Below, piece after piece: positions 1 through 14,709 of a stretch of DNA of 64,000 nt. Made by a program: the position numbers and the translations under genes. Source of the stretch: Octopus vulgaris (lineage: Eukaryota). The notes under the pieces are model-generated. The model did no database searches, had not been told where the DNA came from, and saw only the letters and a program-made list of their open reading frames with translations. How positions within the stretch are numbered: the stretch's first letter is position 1; each line of letters starts with the position of its first letter. Where the stretch lies: assembly GCA_951406725.2 (NCBI GenBank), contig OX597818.1, positions 91,078,001 to 91,142,000 on the forward strand, read 5' to 3'.

Positions 1-446
1 ATGCGCGTCTGTGATTATTGTACAGAAATGCGTCAAATATTTCGTTAGTTCAAGAATTTGAAGTCCTTAAAGACTAACATGGCTCTTACCGAAATAATTA
101 CTAAAATAGTATTGATCATTATATGTGTTTGTGTGTGTGTGTGTGTATGTGTGTGTGTCTTTGGGTATTAAGGCTACCATTGATTTCATATTAAGGAAAA
201 CATCTTAATATCTTAACAAATTTTCAAGGCGATCAGAGGAATAGTGTTTGTCCAAAGTTGAAACGAACACCATCCCTCCAATCTCGAAATATTGTTAAGA
301 TATTAAGATATTTTCTCTAACATGTAACCAATTGTCGTCTTAATACACAAATACAGAAATTTTATCTACCAATGCGGTGTTGAGCGCTCATTCTTATTGT
401 TCCACACACACACACACACATGCAATGTTCCACAACGAAACAGGAC

Positions 447-578
447 TATAATGGGAAAATATTATGAATTAATGTCCTCAGCTTTCAGCAGCACAAATAT
501 TCCCAAATATATAATTATAAGTGTTTATACATATCTATACGAGCATTTAGGTCGCACAGCCATGTACAATAACTTGGC

Positions 579-646
<68 letters not shown>

Positions 647-795
647 GTATATATATATATGGGGGCAAGTTATTGTATATGGCTGTGCGACTTAAGTGCT
701 CGTATGGATATGTATAAACACTTATAATTATATATTTGGGAATATTTGTGCCGCTGATAGTAAAGGACATTAATTCGTAATGTTTTCCCATTATA
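447..795. repeat. Inverted repeat (~134-bp arms) flanking a (TA)n core
   Basis: 447-580 is the near reverse complement of 661-795; mirrored ORFs 397..717(+) and 525..800(-). Confidence 0.85.
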
Positions 796-799
796 CACA

Positions 800-1475
800 C
801 ATATGGGTATTTCGAATAAATTGATATTTATTAGTAATCTAATAACTTGACCAATTCTCGGTCAAATGATCTCAAATGTTAACAGCATGTGTAGAAACAA
901 TTCAAAATTCTAGGTTTCAGGTTTTCTTTTCAGGTATAGAAATGGTATTTACTGAAAAAGAAAAGAAATTTTGTGTGCTAGAATACCTCAGAACACACTT
1001 AACTAAGACCGTGCAGAATGATTTTGCTAACAATGTAAATTTGGGCATGGCACATAAAGTTCCAAGAGTTAGGCTGTGTGTACAGGGCAAAATGACAATT
1101 AGTATTGGAAGCGATGATCAGCGAATTCGGCAAAGATTTGAAGCCCATGAAAAAAGTAAATCTGAAAAACCACATTCCTCTAATAGCAATTTGATGATCG
1201 CAAGGAAACGCTTGCGATTGACACCGTACAATAAGTAGGAGGTCATTCAGGCCTTAAAGACTGATGAAAAGCAAATGCGCTAGCAGTTCTGTGTCGTCAC
1301 ACTAGATAATCTTGAAGACAGTTTTGAAGGAAGTTTTATTTTTAGTGATAAGGCCACTTTTCCTAGGAATCGCAAACTCAGCATCAATTTTCACATTTGG
1401 GCCGACGAAAATGCGCATATCTCACATGAGCATATTAGGGACTCACCAAAGGTGAATGTGTTCCGCGCCAGCTAC
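800..1475 (+). mobile_element. Tc1/mariner-superfamily (DUF4817-type HTH) transposase relic, 3'-truncated
   Basis: MVFTEKEKKFCVLEYLRT..TVQ..F; RKRLRLTPY; FIFSDKATF; IWADENAH...RDSPKVNVF; frameshifted. Confidence 0.75.
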
Positions 1476-1505
1476 AATAACTATCTTTATATACATACAT
1501 ACATG

Positions 1506-1563
<58 letters not shown>

Positions 1564-1575
1564 CATACATATATA

Positions 1576-1652
<77 letters not shown>

Positions 1653-1815
1653 CATAGGTCCCGGGTTGATTCGGGGTTAACCACAGTAAATAAGGTACTC
1701 AATACATAGTAAAATTAATTTATTATATATACTAGAACTGTTCATCAGAGAAATCTTCATAGCTCCTGCTTCCTGAAGATGAATGAAACAGTTCTATAGA
1801 AGCTCCTTCTATATA

Positions 1816-1916
<101 letters not shown>

Positions 1917-2424
1917 CAAGAAATCATTTTTGATCATGGAGACAAAAGTCTTTATAAGACTACAAAAATGAAGTGCTCAAATGCAATTGAGAGATAAAAA
2001 AAAGTTGATTAGAGAACAAAACTCAATTTTTCTAAATTCTAATCTTTCTCCTTATTCAAAATGGCAGACAGTAGTCTTGACGATTTTATGTATTCTTTAT
2101 ATGTTAAAGGGCATGGTAATATTAATATATACTCAAATGTATGAAAGCGTGGTGTTATATAAAGTCGTTGATTCGAATTTTTATATATATATTTATATTT
2201 ATATGCATACATACATATGTACATACATTCTTGCATATATACATATATACATGCATTTATGCATGCATGCATAGATAGATAGATACATACATACATACTT
2301 ACGCACACTCACATACACACATACGCACATAAATATATGCATATACATTCGTATGTATGCATTTATGTATGTATGCATGCATGTACGTATATGTATGTAT
2401 GTATTCCTTTATTCCTTCATTCTT

Positions 2425-2623
2425 TTTCTTGTTTCAGTCACTTGACTGCGGCCATGCTGGAGCAACGCCTTTAATCGAGCAAATCTACCCCAGGATTTAT
2501 TCTTTGTAAGCCTAGTACATATTCTATCTGTCTCTTTTTTTCTTAACTGCTAAGTGATGGGGACGTAAACACACCAGCATCGACTGTCAAGCGATGTTGG
2601 AGGGACAATTACAGACACACACA

Positions 2624-2705
<82 letters not shown>

Positions 2706-2860
2706 CGACGGGCTTCTTTGAGTTTCCGTCTACCAAATCCACTCGGAAGGCTTTGGTCGGTCCGAGGCTATAGCAGATGACTCTTGCCCAAGGTGCCACG
2801 CAGTGGGACTGAAACCGGAACCCCGGAACCATGTTTTTGGCAAGCAAGCTACTTACCACG
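2425..2860 (-). mobile_element. tRNA-type SINE family A (internal TA/TG microsatellite)
   Basis: Reverse complement of the 34358-34757 copy (GTGGTAAG..GGTTCAGTCCC..GGCACCTTGGGCAAG..CCAGCATGGCC..TGAAACAAG). Confidence 0.85.
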
Positions 2861-3453
2861 TATGAATTAGCATATTTATATTATTGGGCATTAGTAAATG
2901 TTTTTTTCTCCCACAATATTTATTTGTCATTCCGATTACGATCCCATCTTTGAGTATGTTAAAAAAATTGACAAATATATAATCAATTGACCAATACTTT
3001 TCATGTAGATGATGTCTGTTCGTGTTCTTCACTATAATAATTTATGTTCCAGTTGGTGTGAGCATCATGTATGAGATGGTACATATTTGTGTATACGTTT
3101 CTTTGTTTGTATGTCTGTATAGTACTATGACATAAGACTAAAAGACGTGAGAGATAAACAGAAAAATACGGTCACATTGATATATAACAAGCTACCCGAT
3201 GTAAGGAACCGAGTGAAGTATGGTGATGGGAATTGAAATGCAGGTACGTATTTAGCAGTGAAGTTGAAAGAAAGGGAAAGTGACTAATCAATATAAAGAA
3301 AGAAAGAGAGGAGAGAGCAGAGTGCAACAAAATTATATATATATATATATGTGTGTGTGTGTACCTATATCTATATATATATGTATGTATGCATATGTAC
3401 ACATACACACACAAAAACACGCGCGCGCGCTTGCACACTCACACACACACACA

Positions 3454-3487
<34 letters not shown>

Positions 3488-4425
3488 CAAAGATGGAGAA
3501 CGATAAAGGATAAAGATAGAGGATAAAAATGAAGGAGAAAGATGAAGACGCAATTGAGAGATAGATTTACAAAGCCTGCGGAGTAGCAGAATACAGGACA
3601 AAAGGACAGAAGGAAATTGACGAGGAAGCGTGAGAGACAAAGTGTAAGAGGTGAAAATAAAGTCAAAATGTTGTAAAACATAGGGTGGGAGAGTGGGAGA
3701 GACGTAGCGAGAAACAGAGATAAGTATGTGTTCACATATATGGACATATATATATCAGTCTGAAGCAATGGCTGATATATTTTAATATATAAAATTGTTC
3801 ACTTTATAAAAGTACACTGAGAGTTATTCAGTATATATCACGTCACTTCTAGGTCCAAAGATCACATGATAAATGCACCGAACGTTAGATACTTCATGAC
3901 TAATGTGGAAGGTCATTGAGATATACACCAGTTCTTGGCTCCGTGTCCACAAGTTTTTCACAACAGGTTGAGAAACACAGATTGAAAAATAAAAACCGAT
4001 AAGTAATGCACCAATTCTTCAACATTGAGAAATATATGAATCATTACCTTCCTGAAGTGGTGAGTTTGACATAAGAACCAGTTTGCTTAAAAGCATGCAC
4101 TAAAGATATGTTAACTGGGTTAACTTGGAAGATTTCTCAACAGCATGTATATTGTTTTAAAATCTTCGAGAAGTATTTTATCAGCTTTACAATTCACAGC
4201 AGTCACCATTTTTGTTCAATATCTTGAAAGACTCGGATGTTATATGTGCCATTAGGCGCATATACAGAAAACATCAACATTAATGAGAGGCTATGTACGT
4301 ATGTTTGTGTGTGTGTGGTGTGTGCACAGGTGCAGGGAAAAATGAAAAACAACAAAGATATAACCAAAAAACGAGGGGTTTCGAGTATAGCTCCTCGTAA
4401 GAAAGAGGAATTGTCCAGTGAGAAC

Positions 4426-4474
<49 letters not shown>

Positions 4475-4904
4475 CATACACACACATATTTATATATATA
4501 TATATATGTGTTTGTGTGTGTGTGTGTTTGAGTCAGAAGGTATACATGTATACACACACACATATTTATACATTTATATACATATACATATACGTACATA
4601 CATACACACATACATATATATATATGTGTGTGTGTGTATGTATGTATATTTATTAAATAGAATATTTATTTACATATTCGACACAGAATACTACAATACT
4701 ACAAGTAACTAGGATAGTCCACGCTAGAAAACGATTTCTACTGCAAAAGAGGTTGAAGCCCATAAATGACAGAAAATAAAGAGACATCTCTCATCCTCAC
4801 TTCACTTACGTGGACATGGTTTTATTGACGAAAAAATCGACGATGAAACTCATGTTAAATGGAGACCTAATCTTTTCTATGGTTTACAAAAAAATCTACA
4901 ATAT

Positions 4905-5467
4905 CCGACCATGTCTTTGAGACTCAGTCTCAACTCATGGCTCGTCACTTCATCCTACATAGATATCCCCTTTTCACTATCCACACTGCCCTTGCCAGAA
5001 CACTTCCGTGTACCGTGCCTCTGCTCTCTCTCCCCCAGCACCCGTCCTACCGTCACCCTCTCCCGTTTCCCTCATCTACCACCCCACCACTCTACCTCTC
5101 TAACGCACCATTGTCAGAGCCTTCCAGCGACTCCAATCCCTTCCACACACACAGCCCCCTTCCACATACACATGCACGCTCTCACATATACATGCACGCG
5201 CACCTTCGTTTTGGAATAACCACTACTTTATTATCTCCCCTTCCTCCTAGCTCTGTGTGACCCCCCTGTCCGGCATTTGCCATGATAGATCGCTAGCCAA
5301 TAAACCTTTTTTATGTTGTCTCCCTGTTTATTTGTTTGTTCCTTTCTGTCTAAGAGCGTAGGCTCGAAACGTTAAAAGACTTTCTCACATCCCGAGCGTT
5401 AAACTAATACATCCGTTTGCTGTTTACACACCCGTCTTCGTCTTTTTTTTTTGTAAATTCTCACAAT
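4905..5467 (+). mobile_element. Penelope-like retroelement remnant (RT C-terminal fragment plus HHR-like tail)
   Basis: HVFETQSQLMARHFILHRYPLFTIHTALART resembles the PLE F..RGYP...I..A..R linker; HHR-like motif at 5342-5378; tail ends in (TA)n; related tails at ~6841-6890, ~26450-26610 and ~41730-41895. Confidence 0.6.
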
Positions 5468-5751
5468 ATATATATATTCAGTTGAATATGGTACTTAAGT
5501 TAAAGGCAGTTGTAACTGCGATGCTGTTGATAAAACATGTTCTTTCTCTATCTACTTATCCTCTTTGTCGTTTTGGATAAAATGAAAATTATAGAAATGA
5601 ATCCTTCGAATTTAACTAAATTCTATATTTTTATGCAGCTGAGGATTGCTCTACATTTTAAATTGATGTAATGTTTGCATTGTTCAATTAAATGGAGTCG
5701 CATGAAACCATTGTACAACATTACCTCTGGATATCCTTGTTGCTTATTTTG

Positions 5752-5782
<31 letters not shown>

Positions 5783-5786
<4 letters not shown>

Positions 5787-6240
5787 AACACTAAAGGTAA
5801 TGAGGCATATATCTATCAACAACTCTAGAAACAATGAGGCATATAACACTATTATTCAAAACACACCTATGCTTACTAGGGACCCTAAGATGAACGAAAT
5901 TCTTCAAATGACCAAATTCATCAGAAGGGGAAAAACTGAAACCGTTGAAAAGATGTGCGAAATTATAGCCAACCACATGAGAGTCAAGAGTTAAAAATAC
6001 AGGAAACCTAAGTGTTGAACATGTCCCTACCTATCAGATGGTCGCACTTTCTATTTTAAACAAGGAGAAATATTCAAACTTAAAACTGAGTTTATTTGTG
6101 CATCTGAAAACGTAATCTTCTTATCTTGTTCAGGTTGCGGACACAACTATACGGGGCGAACAATAATGTCTCTCAGGCAGAGAACTATCCCAGATAGTGA
6201 ACAAAACTGTTTCTTTCCCAAGATATAGACAAATATCTAA
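5783..6240 (+). mobile_element. Penelope-like GIY-YIG endonuclease region, decayed
   Basis: TCPYLSDG..FKLKTEFICASENVIFLSCSGCGHNYTGRTIMSLRQRT resembles the PLE C.S.NVIY.I.C..C...YIG.T...LR.R motif; stops and frameshifts present. Confidence 0.7.
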
Positions 6241-6692
6241 TTGATTAGAATGGACGCACCTAACCTAAACCACCATAATGAGCTTGATTCGTGGAACCAC
6301 TTCTGCTACTTCTAGGATATTTAATCACGTTCAAGAAAGAGTCGAGAATACGGATTGCAAAAGAAACTTTAGTACGGTAGATACTATGAAAAACTTATAT
6401 AAGCTCTTGGTGCGTATTGGCTTTTTGCCCGAACGCCTGTTTATATCGCTAGCGGGGAAAAACCTCCCCACCAACTTCAGCGGCGGAACCACAAGCTTAT
6501 GTGATTTTGACCTCCCTTTGGAGCATTCTACAGCAAGAGCCTGTATGACATTTTCTCTCATGGTTGCTACCGCAGTAAAGTTTGTTCTAACAGAACATCA
6601 ACATTTAAGTGGGAATAAATATTAGTTCTCGGTATTAATGCTAACTCAGTCGCTTATATATGAAATGTGTGATATATATATATGTAAGTATG

Positions 6693-6843
<151 letters not shown>

Positions 6844-9800
6844 GGAAATTATACGAAAATAAACAAAAGACGAAGGCAGGTGGTGTGTCTGTGTTTGTGT
6901 TTGTGTGTGTCTATGTATGAGTGTGTTATACATTATACACACACACTCATACACTCACTCACTCACACACACACATATACAGATGCAAGTATATGAAACT
7001 AATCTTCTTAAAGAGCTGGAAAGAATGTTTCCATAAGATCCGTTTTGTTTCTGTAGAAAACTTATTGAAACTGTATCTCATCTCTGATACATTTATGATT
7101 GCACTATCATCTGTTTTGTGAAATAATGTGCAGAATAAAAATGATTTGAATGCTCATTAATAATAAAAACAAATATGTAACTATATTATTATTTTTGCCT
7201 TTGTTTTCTTCAGAAATAAGATAATACGTAAGCATGTTTTGGCATAAGTAGGTATCATATTTGTCTTTTATAGTTAAAGAATTATACAAAGAATATGATG
7301 AGAGCATGTTTATCAATGCTTTTATGTCTTTCAGACTTAAATTTCATGCTATTGGAATATATGATGCAGAGCTCAATCCATTTCTCCGTAGAGTTATGTA
7401 TATAAGAAGGAATTCCGTTTTGAATTTCACTGACGTAACACTGATAATTTCTGCGATGGAGGAAATGTAACTCGGAACTACAAACATGGTGAATCGTTTG
7501 TCAATTTTATACAGTTAATACTGCATAAGCATTAATATATAAAAAACAAATGAGGATATGTCAATACCAAGCATTGGCAAACTGTTTCAATAAATGCGCA
7601 GCAGGCGACATGCTTCATCATCTAGGGAACTACTAAAAAACATTTTAAGAAATGATATTTTTTCATGAAATTGAACGTGACATAGAGAGAGAAAGTCCCG
7701 CGAATCGCAGCTTGCCTATAACTGTTCTATTTTGTCGCTTTACTTGCTTAAAAGAACGGCCAAATGTGCTACATGTGTCTGTTTACCGCCTTAAAGTACT
7801 TGAACAAGTCAGCTTTAAATGTAGCTTGGCAGAGAATGAAAATTGGTTGTTCACGACTACGAAAACAGTTGATAATGAAAATTAGACTCAGTTAGTCACA
7901 GATGCTGACAATTAGCATATGTTGTACGTAAATGTAAATGATACAAAAATCAAGGAATATCAATGCTCGTTTATCATGGGGCTTTGGGGGAAAAAGCAAA
8001 AACACAAAACAGTGATAAATGTATCAGTGATAAACAAATAATTTCTACATGCTTGGGAAATAGAAACAAGAGTGTATTCATCTTCATTAAACCAAACTCG
8101 TGGCCCACACCTTTAAATATTTTCAAAATCACCTCTATTTTTTCTTGTAAAGAATGCACTCGACTGTCATTTCTCAGGATCAACCGCCTTTGTGTTCTTC
8201 TGTTTATTGGTCCCATACTGATGGTTGCTGGTTTATATATCCGAACAAAAACTTGCAGCTTCTCTGGACAGTCACCTAAACACAAGCAAAAGTCAGTTAT
8301 ATTCTGTGTAACTGAGAACTGTAGGTAAATGAGGGTGCACGTTTTTCTGCAGTACGAGCAGAATCTTCAATTGATCGCCAGCCCTTGTTATTACAGATCA
8401 ATCCACGATAAGCGCAATATGCTTCACAGTTGATCATACCTTATTATCTCGGATCAGTGATAATCGAGGCTACATGTACTATGAACGGCAAGCATAACCC
8501 AACATAAAATCATACACATAAACAAGCAACATGAATTTCAAATATTCATATTAACATGCTAGAACTGCAACCAAATATGACGAAGTCTCATGCCAATGTC
8601 GTGATATATTAACACGTTATTTTCTCATAAATTATACGAGAAAAGATTACAAGTAGAGGTGGTGTAAAAAGTATACATCTAAGTATATTGCAATACAACG
8701 GAAGCTTAGACTTCACTCGCAAGTGAGGTTAACCAGCCAGCATTTATCATGATCTTGCTAATTCTTTTACATGCCTATAAGTTAACGAACAGACATAGAC
8801 ACTTTCTGAGCTCTCCGACACTTGGCATAGCGGAGCATGGATAATGTGAGAACTGCTGGGGAAGAAAATGTACTGGTGCAAGACTGATATTCATTTTTAG
8901 TTGAGTTCATTAGAGCAATGAAGCAAATTGCTCAAAGGCAAAACAGATTGCCCAGTCCCGAAACGGAACCCTTAATTTTAAGTACGTTAGTTCAATATTT
9001 CAATCAGGAGTACGCGCAAACAACCCTAACGGTATAGAATACCTTTATGGAACGAAAATATTTCACTATCTTGTATGACGTTCACGACAGTATTATACAA
9101 GAAGCAAATTTTTAACGCACAACAAAAGGCCCCGGAAATAAACAATTATACATCAGTAAAGAAGGACAGTTTAGGCCCAGTGGGATGTATATAATCGACG
9201 GAGACCACTGAGTGGGATATATAGATAAATAGTGTAGAGATAGCTGTTATAAATATACACTAAAATTGGATCAGTTACCCGGAAAACTATAATCATAAGG
9301 AGGAGAAATATTCCATAATATTTGGAAATACAATATTCAATGGTATTCTTTAGAAAATAAATTCATCTTTGAGATATATCTGGCGGAGGTAAATTGATGT
9401 CTGGTGTAACTAACTTATTTCCGACGTTAGGCATTATAAGATGTTATTTTTATTTATGTAATTATATTTAGTCCCCATGAATCTTAATATTTATTTCAAG
9501 AACTGTTCTATAATTACGATATGTAAATTGTGGAGCTGCTTAAGTGACTAAAAATTATTTTGGAGTCATGGACAGATAATAACTCTAAAGTTGCTGAAAT
9601 TATTTCGATCAGGCATGGCTGTGTGGTAAGTTTGTTTTCCAACCATATGTTTTCTGGTCCACACCCAGTGCATGGCGCCTTGACTGTCTCCTACTATTAC
9701 CCTGGCCCGACCACAGCCTTGTAAGTGGATTTAACTGAAACTTACTGCAGTTCAATGCTATCTTTGGTTTTATTTTTATATTTTCAGCTATTTCTCACTT

Positions 9801-10664
9801 GATTAATTTGTATTATATTTTTTTATATATAGTTTTATATACTATTTAAGTTATTTATCTTTTATATTTACATTAATTCCTTTTTTTTGTATGTGTGTTT
9901 GTGCCTGTATTTCTCATACCACCATCACTTGATAACCGGTCTTGGTGTGTTCACGTTCACGTAATTTAGCGGTTCCGAAAATGCGATAGATTGAATAATT
10001 ACTAGTCTTTAAAAATCAGTCCTGCAATTGATTTGTTCCACTAAAACCTTTCAAAGGTTTCAAAGCGGTGTCGCGTGTTAATCATCGGTAACTGTCTAAG
10101 AATATCTAGTATGATTTGTTTAATATCCGCGAGGGGAAATAATTCCGGATAAACATGAAATATATTTCCGCAGAGTGTTAAAATCTTTACCTAGATATTT
10201 TGAGTATGATAGTGAAATATTAATCAAAATATGCTTACAATGAAACGATTATGAAGAAATGTACCAATAAATATAAATGTACTTGTCTATGTGTGCATAC
10301 TAATAAACTTTTTCATGACAATAGCAGCTGCGCAACACCAACGGAGACAAAAATCAACAATAACAATAGAAATCTTTTTTATTGAACATGACATGACATT
10401 TTTTAGAGGAGTGGGCTAGTTGATTATATTGACCGCAGCACTTGATAGCTTCTTATTTTATTGACACCTTCCCCTACCAAAAAAAAAAAAAACAGGAAGA
10501 AGAAACGGAGAGGCACAGACAACCCTGGCAGTATTTGAACTCAGAATGTAAAGACGGGGGAAAATGCCGCTAAATATTTTGCCCGGCGGGCGAACGATTT
10601 TGCCAACTCACCACTTTAATAAAAACAACAACAACAGCAATAATGATAATAATAATATATACGA

Positions 10665-10810
10665 AAATGATTGGCAATGCATAGAAATGCACCACCCCAA
10701 GGCTAATATAGAACGACTTTATCTGCCAAAGAAAGCGGAAGACCGTGGACTTTAACAAATGGAACTAACAATGAAGATTGCCACAGTTGGTCTAGACGCT
10801 TATTTGAAAA
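10665..10810 (+). mobile_element. R4/Dong-like RT C-terminal fragment
   Basis: MHHPKANIERLYLPKKAEDRGL resembles HPKA..RLYLPR..GGRGL; next to (AAT)n. Confidence 0.6.
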
Positions 10811-11960
10811 AGATTATATAAAATAAACAAAACGCATTATACACTTCGTCGAAATAATTGACGTTATTTTGTATATAAACTTCTTCATTCCATATTTTTG
10901 TATAAAAAGTCTTTTGTATAAACTCTGCGGATATTTATGGAATTTTCAAATGTATATCCAGCAAAAAGGACAAGTCCTATAGTTTGACAGCACTTGGTAG
11001 CCGGTAACCGTAGACGGGCCTTGGAAAGCACCCTATAATGTTATTACTCAGATAATATTAAATTACATATGTGTGTGTGTGTGTAGATGCATATATGACG
11101 AAATATTATCGTAAAATGCATACACACACACAAACATTCACGAACTTACACGCATACATCTAAAACAATATATATATATATATTGATGTATTTAGGAATG
11201 GTCATTTTGTCAGTTTAGCCAAAACACACGCACTATATATTTGGTGTTACTTTTCATAAATATCCGCAGAGTTTATACAAAAGCCACACGATTTCCCATA
11301 AAAAATCTTGCAAAACAAAAGTATATATATATCTATTTATGTTGTATGTTTGTATGTATGTATGAATATATGTGTATGTGCATATTTAAGGTAATATTAC
11401 GTCTGATGACGTAAGATAATAAGATAATAGGTACATGAAATTAGTGCTCAGGTTGACTTTCTGCCTAAACATCAACTTGAACCGCAATTAAAATGTTACA
11501 GCTTCCAGGAAAATACCAGCCTATCTTACAGCCATAGTGAACATTCCTCAACCGATCGTATATTGATTTCTTGTGTTACAAACTCCTATAACATCCAATT
11601 ATGCCCTGAAGTAATATCAATGCATATATATATAAATGCTATAATCTGTCTTGATATCATTTGTTTGCTTGTCTATATTATTATTCTAATATACACAAAC
11701 ATACATAAGTATACATGTGTGTTTTTATGTGCGAGTTATGACTTGCATGTGTCTGTCTATCTGTGTTATATGTGTGACTAAGTATGTGTAAGTTTTGTAA
11801 TTGTTCTCTGCCTGTGTCCTAAATTTATTAATTAGACTGTTATTGCAGTTCATTGTATATTGTATATATTATTAGGAGTTATAGGATGAAAGTTTTGTGA
11901 CCATGTGTTTCTCATATATTTCGGATTAAACAAGCTAGAAATGAGTTTACGTCTAATGAG

Positions 11961-12000
<40 letters not shown>

Positions 12001-12027
12001 GTATATATATATATGTATATGTATACA

Positions 12028-12061
<34 letters not shown>

Positions 12062-12094
12062 TAATTAGGTATATATGTATATATATAATTAGGT

Positions 12095-12144
<50 letters not shown>

Positions 12145-12177
12145 TCATATATATTTATATATGAATATTTGTGTATG

Positions 12178-12230
<53 letters not shown>

Positions 12231-14653
12231 ATGTGTGTCTTATCGATCTATCTATTTATATAGTTATCGGTATAATCTAGTTTTGTGTATCAGAACTAAT
12301 AACCTGAGGTTTTCACTTGTAAACATGTGAATGACAAGATAAATAATTATCTCAGTGTTGCTTTGATATAAGGACAGACAAAATTTATTTCCCATTTTGC
12401 TTCGATAAAACTGGCGAGACCATGCTTCATTTGATTATTGATGATAAATTTGATGTAATTTAATTAATTCTGTCCATTATGTTTGGGTAGTAATTACACA
12501 CATTCTTAGCAAATTACTGTTACTACTCTGCTTCATAATAAGGTATAGATAACATAGGCCTATGCACATACGAATGTTGTAGATACTCACACACACATGC
12601 GCCCGCCACCCACACATACACACATACACACACGAACACGCATGCACGCACAAACCTAGGCATATAAATTCCCACTCACATACTTACATAATATACGTAT
12701 ATATATACGCATATATATATATATACGAATTGTCAATGTAATCGTGTTGCTTAGTACATTAGTCTGTTTTAGTTACACTATGGCTACTTTCAAGTATTGC
12801 TTTCATTTAGCTATAAAAGAAATGTATTTTACAAGCAATAATATATATATATTAATATAAATATCCATTCACACACATACACACACCCGCATACATCACA
12901 CCTACACATATTCCCACTTATGCTTATGATTACTATTGTCCACCGAAATCAGTCATGTTATAATATGTACACCTTTTACACGCAACTATATGCTCACGGT
13001 TGTCCAGCGAATTTAGCGATGATCTCAATATATACAGCCTTTGATAACTATATAGCTCAATCTATGTTCTGTTTCAATTTTGTTTCTTTAGTACATGTAC
13101 TGCTAATATGATCAACAAGAATATAAAAAGGTAGCATCAAAGTTGACTACCCTTCTGTGTACCACATATTTCAGTCTGAAGAGAATTGATCCAGTGGCCA
13201 GGGTGACTCAAGAGAACTAGAAGCGCATCCTGACAAATTTTCTACGTCAAAAAGTGGCTTCAAGATAATCATTACATCTTGTTTTCTCCTACGGTATACT
13301 CGCCTTACGTTTATATTACCCACATAATTTAGGACGGTGCAAATAATTCACTGTCACTTCGGGTAAAATATCAAACCGACTCGGGTAGATGATTGACAGC
13401 AGATTTAGTTCCTGTCACGACGAGGTCACCACGCCGACTAATCTAAACTTTGTACATAAAATTGTAATGATCTCGTTGATCAAATAAATCATTTTGTTCT
13501 CCTAATGTGCACCTCAAATATGTTGAAAATCCGAACAAACATTTTGGCCGACTGAATCTTTCGTCACTGATTACAATTATTTTTTTAAAATGCTTAATGT
13601 ATCATATAAGTGTAATTTTTGACGATGAATCATAATTTGGTATTCATTTATTCTAGATAAGTTTTGCAAAAGTGTTACAGGTATTCAAATATTGACAATT
13701 TTCAGAATTTTCAGCCAATTAGAAAACTGCACGTTTACTGCCTCTTCGATCATCAAGGGGGAGAGGAACATCGGCATGTCAAACATTAAACTAGGAATAT
13801 ATAAAATAAATTAAATTTCTCGTATCTCCTTTTCTTCCTTGTGCGCACGCGCAGCATCTTTGGTTACTATGGAAACAGTTCTTTGCATCATCTATGCAAC
13901 GTGTGGTGCTTCTTTGCTTCGGTTACTATAGAAATAGAAATTTTCTTCCCGGTGATATGTAAAATACGCACTGCTGATTGAGTAAAATACAAAAATTTTT
14001 CAAATTTCTGCGTTCAAATTCCGCCGAGGATCGATAAATAATGTACCAGTTTCACACTGGGTTGATGTAATCGACTTAATCCCTTTGTCTGTCCTTGATT
14101 TTCCCCTCTATGTTTAGCCCCTTGTGGGTAGTAAAGAAATATATATATATATATATATATATATACGACGGGCTTTCAGTGTCCGTCTACCAAATCCACC
14201 CACAAGGGTTTGGTGGGTCCGAGGCTATAGTAGAAGACACTTGCCCAAGGTGCCACGCAGTAGGACTGAACCCGGAACCATGTGGTTGCTAAGGAAGCTA
14301 CTTATCACACAGTCACTTCTTCGCCTATATTAATATATATTTATATATGTTGAAAGAGTGAATCTCGAAGCAGTGAAGCTATAAATAATGGTAGGTAGAT
14401 ACTGGGTTAGAAATCCTTGGATTCGAAAAGTGCGAGTGAGAATCAAATGTACATCTGTAAACATTTCAGGACTTTGACCATTGGATTGCAGAAATCCTTT
14501 CATTCTCCATTGTAGAAACGTAGTTCTTACCCACTAGAATTATATATTATTGACAAGAGAAGAATTTTAAAATTTCAAGAACGTGCATTCTTTTGTGAAC
14601 AGTGAATCTCGAAACTTTCTGCTCCGACATGTAGTGTTCCAATAATAATAATG

Positions 14654-14709
<56 letters not shown>

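Noticed and set aside
1740-1800. CTGAAGA..GAAA motif; similar hits at 11403, 18747 and 48926
   Set aside because: Stems I and II cannot be formed convincingly, so not counted as hammerheads
6380-6640. Possible piggyBac C-terminal remnant (LVGRFFP..KKPIR, minus strand)
   Set aside because: Similarity too short; no TTAA or TIR seen
7335-7467. Plus-strand exon-like stretch LKFHAIGIYDAELNPFLRRVMYIRR..
   Set aside because: No recognisable family or partner exons; cannot be supported without a search
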